DNA from: a candidate division TA06 bacterium
GTDB taxonomy: Bacteria > Edwardsbacteria > AC1 > EtOH8
DNA length: 64,000 bases
Assembly: GCA_016235665.1 (NCBI GenBank)
Contig: JACRJI010000013.1
Location: forward strand, 143,095-207,094
Direction of reading: 5' to 3'
Position numbers and translations under genes: made by a program. The notes beneath the pieces are model-generated. The model did no database searches. It had not been told where the DNA came from and was given only the letters and a program-made list of their open reading frames with translations. Below, one piece after another: positions 57,289-64,000 of this stretch (position 1 is its first letter; each line of letters opens with the position of its first letter).

Positions 57289-58869
57289 ATGCCCTCAACA
57301 GATTTCCTGATAATCGGTTCCGGCATAGCCGGGCTGACCTTCGCTCTAAAAGTCGCCGATCACGGCCGGGTGGTGATCGTCACCAAAAAGGACGACACCG
57401 AGTCCAACACCAACTATGCCCAGGGCGGCATAGCCGCTGTGTTCGGCCAGGATGACAGCTCCTCCAGCCATGTCAAGGATACCCTTGAGGCCGGGGCCGG
57501 GCTTTCCCACCCGGAAGCGGTTCAGGCCATGGTCTCCGAGGGTCCGGCCCTGGTGGAAAAGCTTTCCCGGCTGGGGGTGGCCTTCACTAAAGGACAGGCC
57601 GGAGATCTGGACCTGGGGCGCGAGGGGGGACACTCCAAACGCCGGATCGTCCACGCCAAGGACTATACCGGACAGGAGGTGGAACGGGCCCTGGTGCACC
57701 AGATCCGCAGCCATCCCCACATCACCATCCTGGAGCACCATCTGGCCATAGATCTGATCATGTCCCAAAGCGGCGGGGAAGAGGCCTGCCGCGGTGCCTA
57801 CGTGCTTGAGCCAAAGACCGGAAAGATCCTGGAGTATGCAGCGGGCGTCACCCTGCTGGCGGCCGGAGGCTGCGGGCAGGCCTTTCTGCACACCACCAAC
57901 CCGGCCATCGCCACCGGGGACGGCATAGCCATGGCTTACCGGGCCGGGGCCGCCGTGGCCAACATGGAGTTCATGCAGTTTCATCCCACCACCCTGTATC
58001 AGGATTCGCTGGACGAGAACGAGAGATCGTTCTTGATCTCCGAAGCGGTGCGGGGCGAGGGCGCGGTATTGCGCGACCTGAAGGGCCGGGCCTTCATGCC
58101 GGAATATCACAAGCTGGCCGACCTGGCTCCCCGCGATGTGGTGGCCCGGGCCATAGACAGCGAGCTGAAGGCCTCCGGAGATTTCCACGTCAACCTGGAC
58201 ATTGCCCCGATAGGGCTGGAGAAGTTCCATGACCGGTTCCCCAATATCAGCCAGGGCTGCGCCCAGCGGGGCATTGATCTTTTAAAAAACCTGATCCCGG
58301 TGGTGCCGGCGGCCCACTACATGTGCGGCGGAGTGAAGACCGGCCTGGACGGACGGACCAGCATCAAAGGTTTGTATGCCGCCGGGGAGACTGCCTGCAC
58401 CGGCGTCCACGGGGCCAACCGGCTGGCCTCGAACTCCCTGCTGGAGGCGCTGGTTTTTGCCGACCGGGCGGCCACGGCCGCCGTCAGGGAAAAACCGGAA
58501 GCGTCTGCTGTTCCGGCCTGGGATTACGTCGGTTCTGTTCCCAGCCGGGAGAAGGTGGTGATCCGGCAGAACCGGCTTTCCATCCGCTGGCTGCTGTGGA
58601 ATTACGCCGGGATCGTGCGGAACGACAAAAGGCTGTGGTGGGCCAAAAACCGCCTGCAATCCATTATGGACGAGATCCACGATTATTACTGGAAGTACCA
58701 TGTCAGCCCCGACCTGGTGGAACTGCGCAACATTGCGGCCGTGGCTAAAATGATCATAGACTGCGCCATCCAGCGCAAGGAGTCGCGGGGCCTGCATTAC
58801 AACCAGGATCATACAGAACGGGATGATGTGAATTACGGGAAGGACACAGTGATAAGGATGGCGGAATGA
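57289..58869 (+). CDS. nadB: L-aspartate oxidase
   Basis: GSGIAGL, YAQGGIAA, EGGHS.RRI.H, QFHPT, LISEAVRGEG, HGANRLASNSLLE. Confidence 0.93.
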   Translation: MPSTDFLIIGSGIAGLTFALKVADHGRVVIVTKKDDTESNTNYAQGGIAAVFGQDDSSSSHVKDTLEAGAGLSHPEAVQAMVSEGPALVEKLSRLGVAFTKGQAGDLDLGREGGHSKRRIVHAKDYTGQEVERALVHQIRSHPHITILEHHLAIDLIMSQSGGEEACRGAYVLEPKTGKILEYAAGVTLLAAGGCGQAFLHTTNPAIATGDGIAMAYRAGAAVANMEFMQFHPTTLYQDSLDENERSFLISEAVRGEGAVLRDLKGRAFMPEYHKLADLAPRDVVARAIDSELKASGDFHVNLDIAPIGLEKFHDRFPNISQGCAQRGIDLLKNLIPVVPAAHYMCGGVKTGLDGRTSIKGLYAAGETACTGVHGANRLASNSLLEALVFADRAATAAVREKPEASAVPAWDYVGSVPSREKVVIRQNRLSIRWLLWNYAGIVRNDKRLWWAKNRLQSIMDEIHDYYWKYHVSPDLVELRNIAAVAKMIIDCAIQRKESRGLHYNQDHTERDDVNYGKDTVIRMAE

Positions 58870-58969
58870 ACGCTTATGACCACAATATAACTATCTGGGC
58901 AATTCATCCAACTACGTATGCCTTAGGCTACTTCGTCGGACGCGTGAATTGCCCCAATGAGTACCACCA

Positions 58970-59848
58970 ATGACACAAAAACCCTCATATTTCTGGCCGG
59001 TGATGGCCCTGGGTGTGATAGGGATATCCTTCGGCTCCATCCTGATCAAGCTGTCCACCGCCCAGCCGCTGGCCATAGCCTTTTACAGGCTGTTGTTCTC
59101 CGGACTGCTGATGCTGCCGTTCTATTTCCACCAACCGGGGCCGAAAAGAATATCCCCGGGCGATCTGGGCTGGATCGCCCTGTCCGCCTTGTTCCTGAGC
59201 CTGCACTTCGTGACCTGGGTCTATTCCCTCAGCTTTACCTCGGTCACCAGTTCGGTGGTGCTGGTGACCATAAATCCCCTGTTCGTCAGCATCCTGGGCT
59301 GGGTCTTAATGAGGGAGAAGACCGGACCCCGGATACTGGCCGCCATCGCGGTGGTGGTGGCCGGCGGGGCCATCATCGGGGGAAGGGCGCTGGCGGCGGG
59401 CGGGATGGGAAACCTGGGCAACCTGCTGGCCCTGGCCGGGGCGCTGATGGCCTCGGGCTATCTGCTGACCGGGCGGCACCTGCGGAAGAGGCTGAGCCTG
59501 GTGACCTATACCACCATTTGTTATTCCATGACGGCAGTAATACTATTGATGGCTTCCCTGGTTGCCAAGACGCCGCTGGGCGGTTTCTCCAGGATAAATT
59601 ATCTTTACTTTGCGCTGATGGCCATCGGCCCGCAGCTGTTGGGACACAGCATTTTCAACTGGGGGCTTAAGTATCTGCCCACCCCGCGGATCGCCATGCT
59701 GATCATAGCCGAACCGGTGGGCGCGACCATTCTGGCTTTTCTGGTGCTTAAGCAGATGCCGTCAATCTTTGAGATGATAGGTGCGGTGTTCATCATGGCG
59801 GGGGTGTATATCTCGGCGCAGGAAGGTAAAGGGTCCGCAGTCGCATAA
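58970..59848 (+). CDS. DMT/EamA family transporter
   Basis: About 10 TM helices in two EamA repeats; AFYR, EPV.A. Confidence 0.88.
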   Translation: MTQKPSYFWPVMALGVIGISFGSILIKLSTAQPLAIAFYRLLFSGLLMLPFYFHQPGPKRISPGDLGWIALSALFLSLHFVTWVYSLSFTSVTSSVVLVTINPLFVSILGWVLMREKTGPRILAAIAVVVAGGAIIGGRALAAGGMGNLGNLLALAGALMASGYLLTGRHLRKRLSLVTYTTICYSMTAVILLMASLVAKTPLGGFSRINYLYFALMAIGPQLLGHSIFNWGLKYLPTPRIAMLIIAEPVGATILAFLVLKQMPSIFEMIGAVFIMAGVYISAQEGKGSAVA

Positions 59849-59863
59849 AGTATAAGGAGTAAC

Positions 59864-59897
59864 AAAAAAGCCCTGACGATCTCTCGTCAGGGCTTTT
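59864..59897. terminator. Bidirectional terminator
   Basis: AAAAAAGCCCTGACGA-TCTC-TCGTCAGGGCTTTT between convergent genes. Confidence 0.85.
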
Positions 59898-59917
59898 AAC
59901 TTGGGTCTTGGATCTAT

Positions 59918-60673
59918 CTAAAACGAATCGTAATACGCCAGTTTCACCGTTCTGCCGATCCTGCCGGCATCGGTGTCTTGCTCTCCGTTTCTCAGGACAT
60001 TCTTCAGGTCGGCCTCCAGCATCAGGCGGTTGCTGAACAGCCAGCGCAATCCCACGTTCAGGTAGCCATAGCCTTCACCGTACTGGTCGTCGTTGAGATT
60101 GTCGTTAAATGCGCCGTCATATTCGGCCACCATCCAAAGCTCTGGGTTCAGGGATTTTTCCAAGCCAACGTAAAAATCAACTTCGTTGTCTTCGCTGTGG
60201 CGCTCTTCCAGGCTGTAGCTGGCCCCGCCGTGAAAGGCCAGGGTGCCCAGGAATTTGTAGTTCTTGCTGGCTGCGGCATAGAATCCGCGGGATTTGATGA
60301 AATAGCGGCTTCCGGCCCAGTAGCCGAATCCCTGGTTGTCAAACCCTACCGCAATGGCCGGCATGGCGTAGCTCTCGTCAAAGATGCGGTACTTGACCTG
60401 GAATCCCGGTTGGGGGTTCCAATTGATGTTGCCGTAGCCGATGATATTGTCCCCGCCGTAGGAGAAACCAAGATTAAGGCGGTCAAAAAGCCCAAAGCTC
60501 AGGCCGAACAGCAGACCGCCCACCGGCTGCATTCGCAGATTGACCGAGTATTGGGCCCGGTTCAAAGTGCCGGCGGTGGGCATGTCCACCAACTGCTCAA
60601 ACTGCAGGGCCAGACAGGGCAAAGCCGCCAGCAACAGCAGGGAAGATACAAGCAATATCCGCAATGTTTTCAT
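59918..60673 (-). CDS. Exported beta-barrel-like protein (YjbH-like)
   Basis: Start MKTLRILL at 60673 with AGGG RBS; signal peptide; LVDMPTAGTL, PAIAVG; terminal F. Confidence 0.7.
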   Translation of the reverse strand: MKTLRILLVSSLLLLAALPCLALQFEQLVDMPTAGTLNRAQYSVNLRMQPVGGLLFGLSFGLFDRLNLGFSYGGDNIIGYGNINWNPQPGFQVKYRIFDESYAMPAIAVGFDNQGFGYWAGSRYFIKSRGFYAAASKNYKFLGTLAFHGGASYSLEERHSEDNEVDFYVGLEKSLNPELWMVAEYDGAFNDNLNDDQYGEGYGYLNVGLRWLFSNRLMLEADLKNVLRNGEQDTDAGRIGRTVKLAYYDSF

Positions 60674-60912
60674 ATTCCCTCTTATAAATTGTGTGTATGC
60701 TTTAGGACTATACAATATATAGTGATTATATAACAAAAATAGCCGAAAAATCAAGCAAAATCGGAAGAAAACTGGGAAACCTTTTCCCACGCTTGCACGC
60801 CAAAGCGCTTCAGCGCGCAGGCACGAGATAAACGAAAAAACACGAAAAAATACCATATACTTTTTATAGTGTATGGTAAAAGAAAATGAATCCGCGTTTA
60901 TCTGCGTAAATA

Positions 60913-60956
60913 GTTCGACTAAGGCTTCGGCAGGGCTCAGCCGCACCGCTCACTAC
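60913..60956. repeat. Nested REP-like element
   Basis: GGCTTCGGCAGGGCTCAGCC inside GTTCGACT...CGCTCACTAC. Confidence 0.55.
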
Positions 60957-60987
60957 GGCGTCCGCGTCCTATTAAAGGTGCCCTGGT

Positions 60988-63900
60988 TCAGTCGTTCTGG
61001 CCGTTGCGCTGGTAGTTGTTTCTCTTGCGGGGCGGGGCCGGGTTCCATTTGCCGCCCAGTTTAAAGTGCGGGCCCTGGAGCAGTTCGGTCAACCCGGTGA
61101 ACAACTGGTGTTCTACTTTCACTTTTATGTTCTTGGGCTTGATCTTCACCGGCAGGCCGTTCTCCCCCTTAACCGAGAATACCACCGGGCAGTTCCCGGG
61201 GTGCCCGTCCAACAGTTTGGTCAGGGCCTGGTTGAATTTCTGGTCCAATTGGTCTTCTTCCAGGGAGATCTCCAAGAACTCCACCAGTTTTCCGCTGACC
61301 TGCTCCAGCGGGAACAGGTCGGCCACCACTAATTTGGGGTATTCATTTTCCTTGGTGGAAACGCTGCCGGCCACCAGCACCAGGGTGTCCTCTTTTATGA
61401 ACTCCCGCTTGCTTTCGAACAGGTCGGCAAAGACCACTATTTCGCAGAAGCCGGTCAGATCCTCCAGGCTGACGAAGCCCATGGGCTTTGAACCTTTGGG
61501 AGTGTAGATCTTGAAGCTGGAGATCAGCCCGCCCACTATCACCTGGTCGTTGTCGTCAAGCTCGGCCAGCTGGCTGATGGTGTGGGTGGCCAGGCTTTTC
61601 AGCTCGGCGGTGTGCTTCTCCAAAGGATGCCCTGAAAGATAGAATCCCAGCGCTTCCTTCTCGTAGACCAGAAAAGCCTTGCGGTCGATGGGATGGGGGG
61701 CTTTGGCCGGAGCCGCCTGGGCCTTGGCGGCGGCCGGAGGGACTGACACGCCGGCGTCGAACATCAGGGTCTGGCCCTTCATCTGATCCTCCCGGGCCTG
61801 GGCCGCCCGGATCATCAGGTCGTCCAGCCTTTCCAGCAGGGCGGTGCGGTCGGGATCCAGGCTGTCGAAACAGCCGGCCTTGATCAGGCTCTCCAAGGCC
61901 TTGCGGTTGACCAGACGGGCGTCGGCCCGCTCCAATACCTGTTCTATGGAAACGAAATCGCCGCCGGCCTGGCGGGCCTTGATGACCGACTCCACCGCCG
62001 AGGAACCAACGTTCTTGACCACTCCCATGCCCAGCCGGATCGATCCTTCTTCCGGGGAATAGGCGTAGAGGCTTTTGTTGATGTCCGGGGGCAGGAGGGT
62101 CAGCTTGGACTCGCGGCAGTTGGCCATGAAGGCCATGGTCTTGGCGGTGTCGCCCATCACGCTGGTCAGCAGAGCGGCCATGTATTCCAAGGGATGGTGG
62201 GCTTTGAGATAGGCGGTCTGGTAGGCCAGCACCGCGTATCCGGCGGCGTGTGACTTGTTGAAGCCGTAGCCGGCAAACTTGGCCAGGGTGTCGAATATCT
62301 TTTCGGCCTTTTCCTTGGGTATCTTGTTCACAGTATGGCAGCCCTTGATAAAGGCCGGGCGGTGCTTCTCCAGGTCCTCCTGCTTCTTCTTGCTGATGGC
62401 CTTGAGCATCAGGTAGCCGGCCCCCAGGCTGTAGCCGGCCAGGGCCTGCACCGCCTGCATCACCTGTTCCTGGTAGATCATCACTCCGTAGGTGTCCCTG
62501 CAGATGGGCTCCAGCAGGGGATGCTCGAACTCGATCCTCTCCTGGCCGTTCTTGCGCTTAAGGAAATCCTCGATCAGGTCCATGGGGCCGGGACGGAACA
62601 GGGAGATGATGGCGATCAGGTCCTCGATGGAGGCGGTTTTGAATCTGACTGTCAGGTCCCGCATCCCCGCCGATTCCAGCTGGAACAGGCCGATGGTGTC
62701 GCCCCGCCGCAGCAGTTCAAAGGTAAGGGCGTCGTCGTAGGGGATTTTTTCAATATCGATCTTAACGTCCTTGGCGGCCAGCATCTCCAGGGTCTGCTCG
62801 ATCACGGTCAGGTTGCGGAGGCCCAGAAAATCCATCTTCAGCAGGCCACACTTCTCCAGCCAGCCCATGTCGAACTGGGTGGAGATGTCTCCGGTCTTGG
62901 GGCTTTTGAACAGAGGCAGGTAGTCGGTCAGCCGGCCGGGGGTGATCACCACCCCGGCGGCGTGGGTGGAGGCGTTGCGGATCCGGCCCTCCACCGCCTG
63001 GGCCACCTCTATCACTTCCACGAACCGGGGATCGGATTTTATCAATTTCACCAGGTCGGGGGTGGTCTTCAGCGACTCGGAGATGGTCTTGCCGAAGGGG
63101 ATCAGCTTGGCCAGCCGGTCGGCCTCGCTGTAGGCCAGCTTGTAGGCCCGGGCCACGTCCCGGATGGCCGCCTTGGCCTGCATGGTGCCGAAGGTGATGA
63201 TCTGGCAGACGCTGTCCTTGCCGTATTTCTCGATCACGTAGTCTATCATCCGGTCCCGCTTGTTGTCGCCGAAGTCGATGTCGATGTCGGGCATGCTGAT
63301 CCGCTCTGGGTTCAAAAAACGCTCGAATAGAAGGTGGTATTGCAGGGGATCGACGTCCGTTATCCCCAGGCTGTAAAGCACCAGGCTGCCCACCGCCGAG
63401 CCGCGGCCCGGGCCCACCGGGATCTGGCTCTTTTTGGCGTAATCCACGAAATCCTTGACCACCAGAAAGTATCCGGCAAAGTTCATCTTTTCGATGATCT
63501 CCAGCTCCCGCAACAACCGCTCCCGCTGGCCGGGGGTGGGCTGGCCGAACCTTTTGCTGAGTCCGGTCTCGGCCAGGTGCTTAAGATAAGCGTTCTGGCT
63601 GGGAAATTCCGCCGGGACATTGAAGTGGGGCAGATGCAGCTTGCCGCAGGTCAGCTGGTCCAGGGTCAGGTTGCAGCGCTCGGCTATGGCCACGGTGTTT
63701 TCCAGGGCTCCGGGAATATGTCCGAAAAGTTTGACCATCTCCTCGGGCGAGCGGAAATAAAAACTCTGGTTGGAGAACTTCAGCCGCTTCTCGTCGTCCA
63801 GGGTGGTGCCGGTCTGGATGCAGAGCAGCACATCGTGGACCTTGGCGTCCTTGGCTTCAAGATAATGGACGTCGTTGGTGGCCACCAGGCCGATCCCCAG

Positions 63901-64000
63901 CTCCTGGCTCAGGGCGATCAACCCGGGGTTGATCACCTTTTCATCCTCCATCCCGTGGTCCTGGATCTCCAGGTAAAAATCCGGCCCGAATAGGTCCTTG
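60988..64000 (-). CDS. dnaE: DNA polymerase III alpha subunit (5' part outside the window)
   Basis: ATNDVHY, GPGRGSA, FERFLNPER.SMPDIDIDF, HAAGVV, KMDFLGL, YGFNKSH, EKEALGFYLSGHP. Confidence 0.97.
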   Translation of the reverse strand, partial: KDLFGPDFYLEIQDHGMEDEKVINPGLIALSQELGIGLVATNDVHYLEAKDAKVHDVLLCIQTGTTLDDEKRLKFSNQSFYFRSPEEMVKLFGHIPGALENTVAIAERCNLTLDQLTCGKLHLPHFNVPAEFPSQNAYLKHLAETGLSKRFGQPTPGQRERLLRELEIIEKMNFAGYFLVVKDFVDYAKKSQIPVGPGRGSAVGSLVLYSLGITDVDPLQYHLLFERFLNPERISMPDIDIDFGDNKRDRMIDYVIEKYGKDSVCQIITFGTMQAKAAIRDVARAYKLAYSEADRLAKLIPFGKTISESLKTTPDLVKLIKSDPRFVEVIEVAQAVEGRIRNASTHAAGVVITPGRLTDYLPLFKSPKTGDISTQFDMGWLEKCGLLKMDFLGLRNLTVIEQTLEMLAAKDVKIDIEKIPYDDALTFELLRRGDTIGLFQLESAGMRDLTVRFKTASIEDLIAIISLFRPGPMDLIEDFLKRKNGQERIEFEHPLLEPICRDTYGVMIYQEQVMQAVQALAGYSLGAGYLMLKAISKKKQEDLEKHRPAFIKGCHTVNKIPKEKAEKIFDTLAKFAGYGFNKSHAAGYAVLAYQTAYLKAHHPLEYMAALLTSVMGDTAKTMAFMANCRESKLTLLPPDINKSLYAYSPEEGSIRLGMGVVKNVGSSAVESVIKARQAGGDFVSIEQVLERADARLVNRKALESLIKAGCFDSLDPDRTALLERLDDLMIRAAQAREDQMKGQTLMFDAGVSVPPAAAKAQAAPAKAPHPIDRKAFLVYEKEALGFYLSGHPLEKHTAELKSLATHTISQLAELDDNDQVIVGGLISSFKIYTPKGSKPMGFVSLEDLTGFCEIVVFADLFESKREFIKEDTLVLVAGSVSTKENEYPKLVVADLFPLEQVSGKLVEFLEISLEEDQLDQKFNQALTKLLDGHPGNCPVVFSVKGENGLPVKIKPKNIKVKVEHQLFTGLTELLQGPHFKLGGKWNPAPPRKRNNYQRNGQND

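Noticed and set aside
60674-60946. N-terminal extension of the YjbH-like ORF
   Set aside because: Crosses promoter and repeat DNA; the signal peptide begins at 60673.
60988-64000. Intein in dnaE
   Set aside because: Motif spacing is normal; no C/S...HN splice junctions or LAGLIDADG blocks seen.

Overview
64 kb of bacterial chromosome with GC-rich coding DNA and several visibly AT-rich islets. No rRNA, tRNA, CRISPR array or transposase was seen. Gene content (FlgD/T9SS-like C-terminal domains, MEP pathway, GlnRS plus GluRS, rubrerythrin-like proteins, FTR-rubredoxin) suggests an anaerobic, proteolytic diderm, possibly a candidate phylum near the FCB group (inference only). Main blocks: mscS-cNMP and tgt; a ppx / tandem thymidylate-kinase-like / sixA cluster; four large secreted peptidases (C25, M14, M14, M28) behind a sigma54-type promoter; a diguanylate cyclase-ugd-uxs-GT2/GT-C glycosylation locus running into dxr; a 939-aa coiled-coil protein and xerD; a DOMON/glutaredoxin/FTR redox cluster; glnS and gltX; hisC-cmk-plsC-ispH-rpsA; cdsA, nadB, a DMT transporter and a partial dnaE. 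Two things stand out. (1) An AT-rich islet between gltX and glnS encodes a DUF3800-type protein and a small nuclease-like protein, and faces a predicted ~60-75 nt structured RNA with its own sigma70 promoter on the opposite strand. (2) A tandem array of four divergent paralogous ~110-aa secreted proteins, three with sigma54-type -24/-12 motifs, lies downstream of repeated TGACA-N4-TGTCA palindromes. Protein family calls come from motif recognition, not database searches.
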